A stretch of DNA of 64,000 nt from Bacteroidia bacterium (lineage in GTDB: Bacteria; Bacteroidota; Bacteroidia; UKL13-3): contig JBILGC010000003.1 in assembly GCA_044351265.1 (NCBI GenBank), positions 22,886-86,885 on the forward strand. Reading direction: 5' to 3'. Position numbers and translations under genes: made by a program. Under the pieces are notes generated by a model. The model was not told the origin of the DNA. It searched no databases and worked only from the letters and a program-made list of their open reading frames with translations. Shown in pieces: positions 47,289 through 57,810 of the stretch (position 1 is the first letter of the stretch; every line of letters begins with the position of its first letter).

Positions 47289-48230
47289 ATGGCTGAAAAG
47301 ATTTTAATTATCGGTGCCAACGGACAAATTGGTACCGAGCTGAGTGCAGAACTCAGAAAAATTTTTGGAACCGACAACGTAGTTACCTCCGATATCAAAG
47401 CCCCGCAGCAAGCTGAAGGGCCTTATGAGTTGCTGGATGTAATGGACAGAGAAAGCATGTATGCCATTATTAAAAAACATGGCATTACGCAGGTATATTT
47501 ATTGGCTGCATTGCTTTCGGCCACGGCAGAGAAAAATCCTAAGCTGGGTTGGGACCTAAACATGCAGGGATTGTTTAATGGTTTAGATGCTGCCAAAGAA
47601 GGACTGATAAAAAAGTTGTACTGGCCAAGCTCTATTGCTGTTTTTGGACCCACAACCCCGCGCATAAATACTCCTCAATATACAGTAATGGAGCCCAATA
47701 CCATTTATGGAATAAGCAAACAGGCAGGCGAGCGTTTTTGCGAGTATTATCACCAGAAGTATGGTGTAGATGTGCGTAGTTTGCGCTACCCCGGATTAAT
47801 TGGCTACAAATCGGCACCAGGCGGTGGAACCACAGATTATGCCGTTCATATTTATCATGAAGCATTAAAAAATAAAAGCTACGAATGCTTTTTAAAAGCA
47901 GGCACAGTTTTGCCTATGATGTATATGCCTGATGCCTTACATGCAACCATTGAACTGATGGAAGCACCTGCAGAAAAGGTGAAGATACGCAGCAGTTACA
48001 ATATTGCAGGTGTAAGTTTTGATCCGGAAGAAATTGCAGCATCCATTCGCAAACACATGCCTGAATTTACCATTAGCTATAAGCCTGATTTCAGGCAAGC
48101 CATTGCCGATAGCTGGCCTGCCAGTATTGATGATACTCAAGCACGCGATCACTGGGGCTGGAATCCGCAATATGAACTGGATAGCATGACCAAGGACATG
48201 CTACACCATTTGGGTAGCCAAGCTTCATAA
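47289..48230 (+). CDS. NAD-dependent epimerase/dehydratase family protein, most similar to GalE-like L-threonine 3-dehydrogenase
   Basis: ILIIGANGQIGTEL Rossmann fold. YGISK (YxxxK) and a conserved C-terminal block RSLRYPGLIGYKSAPGGGTTDYAV...SWPASIDD typical of short SDR-type TDH enzymes. 313 aa. Confidence 0.55.
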   Translation: MAEKILIIGANGQIGTELSAELRKIFGTDNVVTSDIKAPQQAEGPYELLDVMDRESMYAIIKKHGITQVYLLAALLSATAEKNPKLGWDLNMQGLFNGLDAAKEGLIKKLYWPSSIAVFGPTTPRINTPQYTVMEPNTIYGISKQAGERFCEYYHQKYGVDVRSLRYPGLIGYKSAPGGGTTDYAVHIYHEALKNKSYECFLKAGTVLPMMYMPDALHATIELMEAPAEKVKIRSSYNIAGVSFDPEEIAASIRKHMPEFTISYKPDFRQAIADSWPASIDDTQARDHWGWNPQYELDSMTKDMLHHLGSQAS

Positions 48231-48260
48231 ATGCATTAAATCACTTTCTAAAATTTCACG

Positions 48261-48293
48261 TAAAAAAAGCTGCTCAACTGAGCAGCTTTTTTT
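48261..48293. terminator. Bidirectional rho-independent terminator between convergent genes
   Basis: aaaaaaagctgctc-aact-gagcagcttttttt: a perfect 8-bp GC-containing stem, a 4-nt loop, and an A-run on one side with a T-run on the other. Confidence 0.7.
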
Positions 48294-48318
48294 ACTAATT
48301 ATCAAGCTAGCATCATTA

Positions 48319-50037
48319 CTAATCAACTTTTAAATTAAGATAGCTAGGAATAAGATGGGATGGGATGGCAAATCCAACACCCTCAGTTGCAAAACCAACA
48401 AGCTTAGAAGTAACCACACCATGCAAATTACCTGCTTTATCAAAAAGTGCACCACCACTATTTCCGGGATTAATACTCATATTTACCTGGAGCATACTTC
48501 CACTATTTACCTTGCGCTCATTAGAAAGAATTCCTAAGCTGACTGATTGGCCTAGCTCAAGGGATTTAGGAGTTCCCACTGCATAAATCTCAGACAATTT
48601 TTTATAGCTTTTTTCACTTTTCAATTCAAAAACAACATCGAAATTTTTCTCAACCTTAAGTAAAGCTAAATCTCTTGACTTGTTATATCTAACTAACTTA
48701 ACAGGAATTTCTTCGCCATCGGACAGCACAATTTTAATATCGTCCGGTCTGCCTGCATAATCTCCAGCAATTACGTGGTAGTTTGTTAAAATATAACCAT
48801 CATGGGTTATCGCAAATCCAGAACCATGTCCTTTATCACTGCGCTTAATTGAAACTGCAGCAGCGGTTGCATCACCAATCTCTTTGACCACTTTGGTAGG
48901 CTTTTTCAAAGTTATTATCTGATCATTGATAGAATAATTGGAATCAACTGCAAGATGTTTTTGAAATAACTCACTCTTTAATAAGGTAAAGTAAGAAAAG
49001 TCAACAGCATCTGCATACATTTGATAGCTCTTATCATTTGCAAGGAATATGCTGGGAAAATTACCAGAGTAGCTCCAAAAATTTTGTGAATCAAGTTTCT
49101 CTCCATAGCTATTCATTACATACCATGTAATATTTAATTTGGTTTTATAGAATGAAGCAAAATTTGTTTCAATTTCATATAAATAAGATTTTTTAATAAC
49201 ACCTTCAAGATAAATAGTGTTGTTATTGTCCTGAAAAACCTTGTTAACCGTATCAATATAACCGGTGGTTTTCAAGGTATTGAATACCATTTCCGAGAAT
49301 TTGGTATCGTCATAATTAACCTCATTTTTATCTGAATCTGGCACAAGTTTTTCTTTAGCTGTTTTCTTCCTCTTAGCAGCTTTAGCAGCTTCTTTTTGTT
49401 CTCTTTTGCGCTCATCTGAAAAAAACTCAAGTTCTTTAGCTTCAATATCCTTTACAATATTTGTATGAGTTGTGTATTCTACATCATCAATATATCTAAT
49501 ATCTTTACTCTTATCATCAATCTTAAGTTTTATTGCCTCCAGCTTCACATATTTTTGGTTATTGCTTCTTTTCTCAAGTAGGTTACCAGATTTCAATGGT
49601 ATATTTTTACTATATGGAAAAAACTTATTGTCCTCTATATACATATCTACAAGACCTGGATACACAAAGAAACCAAAACTCATTAAAACCAAAAATGGCC
49701 TTGCCACCGCTCGCTTAACAGGCACAATTACATCATAGGCATCTTTGTGTTCAGGTGTTCTAACAATTACCTGCTGCGCTCCATTTTTCTCTACTTTGGC
49801 ACTAAACGATTTACCTTTACCAACTAACTCGTTTCGTAAAAAAACTTTTGCATCTTTATTGTCAGTTTGGAAAGTAACAGTTTGTTTTCTTGGAATTAGA
49901 ATCCAACTGCAAGAACCTAAAATACTTACTAAAAAGAGTAATGCCGCAATTCCAACAATAGAATGCAATTTGAGAATGTTATGCGGATTGAGAAAATGAA
50001 AGATATTGGAAAGAGTGCGGATGTGTGGTGATTTCAT
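48319..50037 (-). CDS. Lipoprotein with a C-terminal trypsin-like serine peptidase domain (S1C/Trypsin_2) and an N-terminal domain of unknown function
   Basis: Lipoprotein signal ...LVSILGSCS. C-terminal GHGSGFAITHDGYILTNYHVIAGD (His), ...SRDLALLKV (Asp) and NPGNSGGALFDKAGNLHGVVTS (GNSGG Ser). A K/E-rich segment ERKREQKEAAKAAKRKKTAKEK lies between the domains. Confidence 0.75.
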   Translation of the reverse strand: MKSPHIRTLSNIFHFLNPHNILKLHSIVGIAALLFLVSILGSCSWILIPRKQTVTFQTDNKDAKVFLRNELVGKGKSFSAKVEKNGAQQVIVRTPEHKDAYDVIVPVKRAVARPFLVLMSFGFFVYPGLVDMYIEDNKFFPYSKNIPLKSGNLLEKRSNNQKYVKLEAIKLKIDDKSKDIRYIDDVEYTTHTNIVKDIEAKELEFFSDERKREQKEAAKAAKRKKTAKEKLVPDSDKNEVNYDDTKFSEMVFNTLKTTGYIDTVNKVFQDNNNTIYLEGVIKKSYLYEIETNFASFYKTKLNITWYVMNSYGEKLDSQNFWSYSGNFPSIFLANDKSYQMYADAVDFSYFTLLKSELFQKHLAVDSNYSINDQIITLKKPTKVVKEIGDATAAAVSIKRSDKGHGSGFAITHDGYILTNYHVIAGDYAGRPDDIKIVLSDGEEIPVKLVRYNKSRDLALLKVEKNFDVVFELKSEKSYKKLSEIYAVGTPKSLELGQSVSLGILSNERKVNSGSMLQVNMSINPGNSGGALFDKAGNLHGVVTSKLVGFATEGVGFAIPSHLIPSYLNLKVD

Positions 50038-50057
50038 ATTTGATTTATTGATTTTAA

Positions 50058-51197
50058 CTACTTAAGGATCTCTCGTGATATCACAATGCGTTGCACCTCT
50101 GAAGTACCTTCATATATCTGTGTAATTTTTGCATCACGCATCAAACGTTCTACGTGATATTCTTTTACATAGCCATATCCTCCATGCACCTGAACGGCTT
50201 CTGTTGTTACCCACATAGCTGTTTCTGATGCAAAAACTTTTGCCATAGAACTGGCCAGTGCATAATCTTGTCCTGCATCTTTTAATGCAGCAGCTTTTAA
50301 ACATAATAAACGCGCTGCCTCTATTTGCGTAGCCATATCAGCAAGCTTAAATTGTATGGCCTGATGATGCATAATTTCTTTACCAAATGCTTTGCGCTCT
50401 TTAGAATATTTTAATGCCAACTCATATGCCCCACTGGCAATACCCAATGCCTGAGCTGCTATACCAATACGGCCACCTGTTAATACTTTCATGGCAAACT
50501 TAAATCCAAAGCCATCCTCCCCGATCCTGTTTTCTTTGGGCACTTTCACGTCAGTAAACATGATAGAGTGTGTATCGCTTCCGCGAATACCCATTTTATC
50601 TTCTTTTTTACCTACGGTAACACCAGGCCAATTTTTCTCTACAATAAATGCATTGATACCCTTGTGTTTTTTATCTACATCGGTTTGTGCTATCACCAAA
50701 TAATATGAAGCTGTATTGCCATTGGTAATCCAGTTTTTAGTTCCGTTTAGTAGGTAGTGGTCACCTTTGTCTTCTGCTAAAGTGCGCTGCGAGGTAGCAT
50801 CACTCCCGGCCTCAGGCTCTGATAACAAAAAAGCTCCATGAACTTTACCACTTGCCATAGGCACTAGGTATTTTTGTTTTTGTTCTTCGGTGCCATAGGT
50901 TTCAAGCCCCCAGCAAACCAATGAATTATTAACCGATACCACAACAGAAGCGGATGCATCCACCTTTGATAACTCTTCCATAGCTAACACATAGGAAATG
51001 GTATCCATTCCAGAACCTCCGTATTTGGGGTCAACCATCATGCCCATAAAGCCAAGTTCGCCAAGCTTTTTTACCTGCTCATAAGGAAACTCCTGCTTAT
51101 CATCACGCTCAATTACACCCGGCAATAATTCAGTTTGGGCAAAATCTCTGGCTGCCTGCTGCACGGCCAATTGTTCTTCAGTTAATTCAAAATTCAT
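50058..51197 (-). CDS. Acyl-CoA dehydrogenase (short/branched-chain type)
   Basis: 379 aa. The C-terminal catalytic region YEGTSEVQRIVISREILK and N-terminal MNFELTEEQLAVQQAARDFAQ are canonical ACAD. Confidence 0.9.
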   Translation of the reverse strand: MNFELTEEQLAVQQAARDFAQTELLPGVIERDDKQEFPYEQVKKLGELGFMGMMVDPKYGGSGMDTISYVLAMEELSKVDASASVVVSVNNSLVCWGLETYGTEEQKQKYLVPMASGKVHGAFLLSEPEAGSDATSQRTLAEDKGDHYLLNGTKNWITNGNTASYYLVIAQTDVDKKHKGINAFIVEKNWPGVTVGKKEDKMGIRGSDTHSIMFTDVKVPKENRIGEDGFGFKFAMKVLTGGRIGIAAQALGIASGAYELALKYSKERKAFGKEIMHHQAIQFKLADMATQIEAARLLCLKAAALKDAGQDYALASSMAKVFASETAMWVTTEAVQVHGGYGYVKEYHVERLMRDAKITQIYEGTSEVQRIVISREILK

Positions 51198-51306
51198 AAA
51201 TGAATTGATTTTTCAGGTGGCGAAAATAAAGTTATCTCCACCATAAAACAATAGTATTTCTAAGATTAATGAAGTGAATGAGTGTGTTGAACGCTACCTA
51301 AACAAC

Positions 51307-52200
51307 TCACATCCAACCTTTTCTTTTGAACCAAATCAAAATAAACAGGGTTATGAGCAACATAAGACCGAGTACCATTGGGTAGCCGGCAGGATGATGG
51401 AGTTCAGGCATGTAATGAAAATTCATACCATAAACACCTACAATAAAGGTAAGTGGTAGGAAAAAGGCCGTAAAAACAGTTAATGTTCGCATAACCTCAT
51501 TGGTGCGTTGAGAAGAGAGTGAAATATAAATATTCATTAAACTGTTGATGCTATCATATACTTCCTCAATAACAGTATCCAATTTGGTATAGTAATCTTT
51601 TAAATCCTGATGGGCAGGAATTCGCTTGTTGTTAATGCCTAGTTTTTCAGGTATCTCTTTGCTTAGGTTAGAAATGCGCCTGATAACATAGGTTTTTCTT
51701 TTAATGAAGTAGAGATTCTGAAGTAGGTCAGGGATGCGCTTTTTGAGAAAAATTCGGCTTTCATAAAAATCTATCTCAGCATCTAGTTTTTGAAGTGGCT
51801 CTTCATAGGTTTGCATACAGGCTTTAACCAGTTTACAAACTAAAATATATGGCTGCACTGCTGAAGCGTAGCGTTTTACCGCATCATCAAAACCATCAAA
51901 AGATTTACGGTGCACAGTGATTACAAAATCCTTACCCCAGAAAATAGCCAGTTTGCGGCTAACCAGGCGTATGGAGTCTGCATTTTTGGGGCACTCGGTA
52001 TCATAATACCTGCAAATCATAAACTGCACCTCATCAATCAACTCAAATTTGGGTAAATGCTCAGGTTGCATACAATCCTGCACTGCAGCGGGATGAAGCT
52101 GATAGGTGGCAGCCACTTCATTAAGCTCTTCTTCCGATGGATCCACTAAATCAATCCACTCAAATCCGCTTGCATTTTTATTATTTAAGATTTGCTGCAT
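51307..52200 (-). CDS. corA: CorA-family divalent cation (Mg2+/Co2+) transporter
   Basis: YGMNF (GMN motif) in the penultimate TM, two C-terminal TM helices, ends ...WFKRKGWM. 297 aa. Confidence 0.8.
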   Translation of the reverse strand: MQQILNNKNASGFEWIDLVDPSEEELNEVAATYQLHPAAVQDCMQPEHLPKFELIDEVQFMICRYYDTECPKNADSIRLVSRKLAIFWGKDFVITVHRKSFDGFDDAVKRYASAVQPYILVCKLVKACMQTYEEPLQKLDAEIDFYESRIFLKKRIPDLLQNLYFIKRKTYVIRRISNLSKEIPEKLGINNKRIPAHQDLKDYYTKLDTVIEEVYDSINSLMNIYISLSSQRTNEVMRTLTVFTAFFLPLTFIVGVYGMNFHYMPELHHPAGYPMVLGLMLLITLFILIWFKRKGWM

Positions 52201-52310
52201 AAACGAATGTAAAAAATCAATAACTGTTTTTGTTAAAATTTTTTCACCATATGTTCGTTGCCTAATTAGAGTTAATTCTTTTCATAATTGTGGGTATTGG
52301 TGTAACTACC

Positions 52311-52354
52311 AAGAAAAAAGAAACCCCGGCCTTAACTCTGCCGGGGTTCTTTTT
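52311..52354. terminator. Bidirectional rho-independent terminator downstream of typA
   Basis: agaaaaaagaaaccccggccttaactctgccggggttctttttt: a GC-rich 7-bp stem flanked by an A-run and a T-run. Confidence 0.65.
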
Positions 52355-52378
52355 TATGCAATAAATTGGAATCTTGGA

Positions 52379-54226
52379 TTAAGCCATTGCAGCATTCTTA
52401 GCTCGCTTCCGGTCGTTTTCATTCAAAAGAATTTTTCTTAACCTTAAAGATTTAGGAGTAATCTCCACGTATTCATCTTCCTGGATATATTCCATGCACT
52501 CCTCTAATGAAAAATTAATTTTAGGAGCAATTTTTACATTATCATCACTACCTGCCGCACGGAAATTAGTAAGTTGCTTAGCGCGTATTATATTTAACAC
52601 CATATCATCAGGTCTGATGTTTTCGCCAACTACCTGTCCTTCATAAACTTCATCTCCAGGCTCAATAAAGAAACGCCCCCTGTCTTGCAACTTATCTATC
52701 GCATAGGCGGTTGCGGTACCTTTGTCTCCACTAATTAATACACCTGCCAAACGAGAAGGTATTTGACCTTTCCATGGTTCATATCCTTTTAAGCGGTGCG
52801 CCATAATAGCTTCACCTGCTGTTGCCGTTAGTATATTATTTCTTAAACCAATAATTCCTCTTGAAGGTATGCTAAATTCGAGATGCTGCAAATCGCCTTT
52901 CGGCTCCATAACCAGCAACTCTCCTTTACGCTGACTTACCAACTCTATCACTTTGCCTGCAGACTCTTCCGGAGTATCAACAGTTAGAATTTCTATAGGT
53001 TCACACTTTACCCCATCTATTTCTTTTACAATAACACGAGGCTGACCAACCTGCAATTCATACCCTTCACGCCTCATGGTTTCAATCAGAATAGATAAGT
53101 GCAAGATACCGCGGCCATAAACCAAAATTGCATCAGGCGAGTCGGTATCTTCCAATTTGAGTGCAAGATTTTTTTCAGTTTCTTTTTCCAAACGATCTCT
53201 TAGGTGTCGGCTAGTTACAAACTTGCCTTCTTTGCCAAAAAACGGTGAGTTGTTAATGGTAAACAACATGCTCATGGTTGGCTCATCTATGGCAATTGGT
53301 TTTAAGCCTTCAGGGTTTTCAAAATCAGCAATGGTATCGCCAATTTCAAAACCTTCTATGCCAAACACCGCACAAATATCACCGGCTTTCACTTCTTCAA
53401 CCTTTGCACGGCCCAAGCCTTCAAACGTATATAGTTCCTTGATGCGACTTTTCTGTATAGAGCCATCGCGCTTAACCAATGAAACAGGCTGATTAACCTT
53501 GAGTGTACCCCTTAATAAACGGCCAACCGCTATACGGCCTGTAAAAGATGAATAATCAAGAGAGGTAATTTGCATCTGCAAAGTTCCTTCATGCACTTCA
53601 GGAGGTGGTATTTGTTCAATAATATCGTCAAGCAATGCAGTAAAATCTTCAGTAGGTGTTTTCCAGTCTCTGCCCATCCAGCCCATTTTTGAGCTTCCGT
53701 ATATGGTATGAAAATTTAATTGCTCTTCGGTTGCATCGAGGTTAAAAAACAAATCAAAAACGGCATCATGCACTTCATCCGGTCTGCAATTGGGTTTATC
53801 AACCTTATTAATTACCACAATTGGCTTTTTACCAAGCGAAAGTGCTTTGTGCAATACAAAACGGGTTTGAGGCATGGGACCTTCAAAAGCATCTACTAAC
53901 AACAAAACCCCATCGGCCATATTTAATACACGCTCCACCTCTCCACCAAAGTCTGCGTGGCCCGGTGTATCTATGATATTAATTTTAACGTCTTTGTATC
54001 TAACCGATACGTTTTTAGCCAGAATGGTAATGCCACGTTCACGCTCCAGATCGTTATTATCTAAAATAAGTTCGCCTGTTTCCTGATTTTCACGAAATAG
54101 TTTGGTTTGATGTAAAATTTTGTCAACCAAGGTGGTTTTTCCGTGGTCAACGTGAGCGATGATAGCTATGTTTCTGATGTTTTGTTGCATGAGCACCTTA
54201 AAAAATTGAGGCGCAAAGGTAGGCAA
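52379..54226 (-). CDS. typA: Translational GTPase TypA/BipA
   Basis: [20 protein letters not shown] (G1), [14 protein letters not shown] (G3), NKVDK (G4). 615 aa with EF-G-like domain order. Confidence 0.95.
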   Translation of the reverse strand: MPTFAPQFFKVLMQQNIRNIAIIAHVDHGKTTLVDKILHQTKLFRENQETGELILDNNDLERERGITILAKNVSVRYKDVKINIIDTPGHADFGGEVERVLNMADGVLLLVDAFEGPMPQTRFVLHKALSLGKKPIVVINKVDKPNCRPDEVHDAVFDLFFNLDATEEQLNFHTIYGSSKMGWMGRDWKTPTEDFTALLDDIIEQIPPPEVHEGTLQMQITSLDYSSFTGRIAVGRLLRGTLKVNQPVSLVKRDGSIQKSRIKELYTFEGLGRAKVEEVKAGDICAVFGIEGFEIGDTIADFENPEGLKPIAIDEPTMSMLFTINNSPFFGKEGKFVTSRHLRDRLEKETEKNLALKLEDTDSPDAILVYGRGILHLSILIETMRREGYELQVGQPRVIVKEIDGVKCEPIEILTVDTPEESAGKVIELVSQRKGELLVMEPKGDLQHLEFSIPSRGIIGLRNNILTATAGEAIMAHRLKGYEPWKGQIPSRLAGVLISGDKGTATAYAIDKLQDRGRFFIEPGDEVYEGQVVGENIRPDDMVLNIIRAKQLTNFRAAGSDDNVKIAPKINFSLEECMEYIQEDEYVEITPKSLRLRKILLNENDRKRAKNAAMA

Positions 54227-54256
54227 TACTTTTGTTATTACCTGATTAAGTTAAAA

Positions 54257-55672
54257 TTAATGCCCGGATGATGAGTTGTTTTCTAACGAAATGCCTTGTT
54301 TATCGAGCAGCTGTTTTGCCTTTATACCATACCATGCCAAATACATAAAGCACAATACAGCAACCCAATACGAAGCATGAATGCCCACAGAAGGCATATC
54401 AGCCATCAATCCCTGTATGGGAGGAATAATAGCCCCACCTACAATCATCATGATTAAAAAAGCAGAGCCCTGAGAGGTATACTTACCCAAACCCGCAATG
54501 GCAATGCTAAAAATGCATGGCCAAAGTACCGAGCAGGCCAAACCACCACTTACAAACGCATAAGTTGCGAACGTGCCGGAGGTAAATAATCCTGTAATCA
54601 TACCTGCAATACCCAGCAGTGCAAAAGCGGTGAGTGATTTGAACGGATTATCTCCCCAGAAAAGATTAATAAGGATAAGTAAGGTTATAGCAGGCAAATA
54701 CACGAGCATTGCAGACACCTGATAACCGTGAAGGGCATTGGCTCCTAAAACCACGGCAAACGCAAGCAATGGAACAATAACCTGGGCCAGTAATTTTGAA
54801 AATCCGGTAAAGTTAAAAATGGTAACACTGCCGGTCCATCGGCCAATCATTAAACTTCCCCAATAAAGCGAAATGAAAGGAGATATGGCTGCATCTGATA
54901 ATTTGCCAAACTCCGGCAAAGCCAGCAAGGCTCCCATATTACTTTGAATACTTACCTCAACGCCTACATATATGAAAATAGCTATCATGCCTAAAACCAG
55001 ATGAGGATATGCAAGAGCTCCCGAGCCTTTTTCTATGCCGACATCATTGGTTAAAGAAGGTAATGCAGAAAAGCCAAAGAATAATGCCATTGCAGCAAAA
55101 AGAATCGCAACCCCTGCATACAATCCGCTGATAGAAGTAATGGAGGCTGAAGATGCGGGTGAATTAAGCGCTCCAAATAATACATAACTTACTGCAACAG
55201 GACCAATGGTAGTGCCCAAGGAGTTGATGCCGCCCGCCAAATTTAAACGATGTGCTCCGGTTTGAGGTGGGCCAAGTGCTAATACAAAAGGCTGCGCACA
55301 GGTTTGCTGCAAAGAAAACCCAAGAGCAATGATAAAATAAGATGTAAGAATCATGGCGTATGAACCAACTTGAACAGATGGTATGATGGCTAATGCACCT
55401 AAGGCTGAAAGCAGCAAGCCATATACAATTCCTTTTTTAAGTCCAATTTTATTTAACAGGTCTTTACCACTTATCATTCCATATGCAAACAAGCCCAATG
55501 AGCCAATAAAATAGCCGCCATAAAAGGTCATATCAATTAACTGCGACTGAAACTGATTGAGCTGAAAATGCGATTTACAGAATGGGATAAATATGCCGTT
55601 TGAAGCAGCTATAAAACCCCAGAAAAAAAATACAATGATGGTGCTGTATAATTGAGAAGGTTTGCTTTGCAT
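54257..55672 (-). CDS. Sugar MFS transporter (FHS/FucP-like family)
   Basis: 12 TM helices. The start was chosen at the internal Met MQSKPSQLYSTIIVFFFWGFIAASNGIFIP, typical of glucose/galactose/fucose:H+ symporters. The longer ORF extends to 55732. Confidence 0.75.
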   Translation of the reverse strand: MQSKPSQLYSTIIVFFFWGFIAASNGIFIPFCKSHFQLNQFQSQLIDMTFYGGYFIGSLGLFAYGMISGKDLLNKIGLKKGIVYGLLLSALGALAIIPSVQVGSYAMILTSYFIIALGFSLQQTCAQPFVLALGPPQTGAHRLNLAGGINSLGTTIGPVAVSYVLFGALNSPASSASITSISGLYAGVAILFAAMALFFGFSALPSLTNDVGIEKGSGALAYPHLVLGMIAIFIYVGVEVSIQSNMGALLALPEFGKLSDAAISPFISLYWGSLMIGRWTGSVTIFNFTGFSKLLAQVIVPLLAFAVVLGANALHGYQVSAMLVYLPAITLLILINLFWGDNPFKSLTAFALLGIAGMITGLFTSGTFATYAFVSGGLACSVLWPCIFSIAIAGLGKYTSQGSAFLIMMIVGGAIIPPIQGLMADMPSVGIHASYWVAVLCFMYLAWYGIKAKQLLDKQGISLENNSSSGH

Positions 55673-55871
55673 TGGTTGCTTTTCTTTCAAAAATGAGAGA
55701 TAATGCCAATCGGGGCAAATGCTATTCTCCACATGGTGCCCGAATTGACCTAAAATAAAGTCAGAGATTTTCCGTTTATCCGAAAATGTTTCCGCAGAAG
55801 GAAAAATGACAGCTAAATTAATAGCTATATATTAGATTCGAATTAATTACAATTCCCTTAAAAAGCCTCTT

Positions 55872-56054
55872 ATGAAATTAATCAGCGCAATTATTCTAAT
55901 AGGATTTGGATTGTTCCAGTTTAAAACTTGTTCTAAAGTAAAGCACAAAGAAAAAACTGATTGTGCTGTAAAGGAGCAAAGCTGTGTAAATGAAATGGTT
56001 CTAGGTGGACCCGTTACCATATTAATTTCATCCAGAGAAAAGAAAAAAGCCTGA
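55872..56054 (+). CDS. Small 60-aa ORF with signal-peptide-like N-terminus and 3 Cys, 8 bp upstream of the LytS-type kinase (hypothetical)
   Basis: MKLISAIILIGFGLFQFKTCSKVKHKEKTDCAVKEQSCVNEMVLGGPVTILISSREKKKA. Seen only as an ORF, with no homology claim. Confidence 0.25.
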   Translation: MKLISAIILIGFGLFQFKTCSKVKHKEKTDCAVKEQSCVNEMVLGGPVTILISSREKKKA

Positions 56055-56061
56055 ATTTAAA

Positions 56062-57090
56062 ATGAACAAAGCTCGGTTATACTGGTACTGCCAGCTTGGG
56101 GGATGGACACTTTTCAATATCATTGAAATCATTAGCTATGGTAATATCATAGGATACAATCAAAATCTTTTTATTAATGGTGTGATCAATTTAACGTTGG
56201 GCATAGCCATTACCCACTTGTATCGTAGCTTTCTATTAAAAACAAATTGGTTGAGCTTACCCTTATATAAACTCATACATAGATTAATCTGGGCTATATT
56301 GGTAATGTCGGTTGTGTTATCTGTCATTAATATTGGTCTTGACCGGCTGCTTATTCCCGTTTTCAGAGAAATGCCTATTTCAGTTGAGCTTGTAATGCCA
56401 TATTTTTTCAACTTCGGAAAATATATTTTGCTTTGGGTGCTAATCTATCATCTCTTTCAATATTGGGAGCGTTCATTAAAAGCTGAACGGGATTTCTATC
56501 AACTGGAAGCTGCTGTAAAAGAAAATCAGTACAATAATCTCAAAACTCAACTTAATCCGCATTTCCTTTTTAATTCCCTCAATAGCATTCGTACGTTGAT
56601 TGATTTAAATCCGGAAACAGCAAAGAGTGCAATTAATCAGCTATCAGGGTTATTGCGAAGCTCTCTGCATAAGGGAAACCAAAAAACGGTTTCACTTGCA
56701 GATGAACTGCAAACAGTGAAAGATTATATCGCTATTGAAACCATCAGATTTGATGAGAGACTTAAATTTTTTTTACATACCAGCGAAGATGCTCTGGCTT
56801 GCCCGGTTCCTCCGCTGATGTTGCAAACCCTTGTTGAAAACGCTGTAAAGCATGGTATTTCCATAGCAAAGGAAGGTGGACGCATCAGCCTCTCGGCTAA
56901 ACGAATTGGCAACCACCTGCATATAAGTATTGAAAATACCGGCCATTACCTACCTAAAAGCTCACATCAAGGTGTTGGATTAGCGAATACCATTGAGCGC
57001 CTTAAAATTTTATTTGATGACAAGGCAAGTTTTGCAATTGGTAACACCGATAAAAATATGGTATTGACTGAAATAATTTTACCTGCATGA
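56062..57090 (+). CDS. Sensor histidine kinase, LytS/YehU-type (His_kinase + HATPase_c), membrane-bound
   Basis: About 4 N-terminal TM helices. H-box LNPHFLFNSLNSIRTLI. The ATPase region has N/G boxes (ENAVKHGI..., GVGLANTIERL). 342 aa. Confidence 0.8.
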   Translation: MNKARLYWYCQLGGWTLFNIIEIISYGNIIGYNQNLFINGVINLTLGIAITHLYRSFLLKTNWLSLPLYKLIHRLIWAILVMSVVLSVINIGLDRLLIPVFREMPISVELVMPYFFNFGKYILLWVLIYHLFQYWERSLKAERDFYQLEAAVKENQYNNLKTQLNPHFLFNSLNSIRTLIDLNPETAKSAINQLSGLLRSSLHKGNQKTVSLADELQTVKDYIAIETIRFDERLKFFLHTSEDALACPVPPLMLQTLVENAVKHGISIAKEGGRISLSAKRIGNHLHISIENTGHYLPKSSHQGVGLANTIERLKILFDDKASFAIGNTDKNMVLTEIILPA

Positions 57091-57809
57091 GCATTAAAAC
57101 AATTATCGTTGATGATGAAAGACTGGCCCGTGAAGGCTTGAAGAATCTACTTACAGATTTTCCTGAAATTGATATTATTGGTGAGGCTAGCAATGCAGAT
57201 GAGGCGATTGATATAATTGAGAAACTAAAACCGCAATTGCTTTTTTTGGATATTGAAATGCCCGAAAAAAATGGCTTTGTGCTGCTTGAGGAACTTATTG
57301 ATACACCTTGCGTAATTTTTACTACCGCATACAGTGAATTTGCCATCAAAGCTTTTGAGGTTAATGCATTGGATTATTTACTTAAACCTATACAAACAGA
57401 GCGCCTGAGAGACGCAGTAGTGAGGGTAAAAAAGGAAATAGCAGATATCACTGCCGACCAGTTAAAAAACAGGCTTGATGAAAAAGATCAGGTCTTTATC
57501 AGAGATGGTGAAAAATGCTGGTTTGTTAAATTGGAAGATATACGCCTAATAGAATCGTCAGGTAATTATGCAAAAATCTATTTCGATAAATATCATCCGC
57601 TCATTCATAAAACACTCAATGCGTTAGATGAAAGACTCACACCAAGCATGTTCTTTCGTGCCAACCGCCAACAGATTATTAATTTGCGGTATATAGATAA
57701 AATTGAGCCTTTCTTTAATTCAGGTTTTATTATTTATATGAAAGACGGTAAAAAGGTTGAAGTATCGCGCAGGCAATCTGTAAAGTTTAAAGAAATGATG
57801 AGCTTATAA
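57087..57809 (+). CDS. LytTR-family DNA-binding response regulator
   Basis: Receiver IIVDDERLAREGLKNLL..LDIEMP (phospho-Asp) plus a C-terminal LytTR domain. A 4-nt overlap with the kinase gene. Confidence 0.9.
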   Translation: MSIKTIIVDDERLAREGLKNLLTDFPEIDIIGEASNADEAIDIIEKLKPQLLFLDIEMPEKNGFVLLEELIDTPCVIFTTAYSEFAIKAFEVNALDYLLKPIQTERLRDAVVRVKKEIADITADQLKNRLDEKDQVFIRDGEKCWFVKLEDIRLIESSGNYAKIYFDKYHPLIHKTLNALDERLTPSMFFRANRQQIINLRYIDKIEPFFNSGFIIYMKDGKKVEVSRRQSVKFKEMMSL

Positions 57810-57810
57810 A

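Noticed and set aside
47289-48230. Treating the GalE-like SDR as a UDP-sugar epimerase supplying glycosylation locus B
   Set aside because: The C-terminal block and N-terminal IIGANGQIGTEL pattern fit the short L-threonine-3-dehydrogenase subgroup better than UDP-hexose 4-epimerases. It is divergently transcribed and separated from the locus by a 129-bp intergenic region. The link is possible but not supported.
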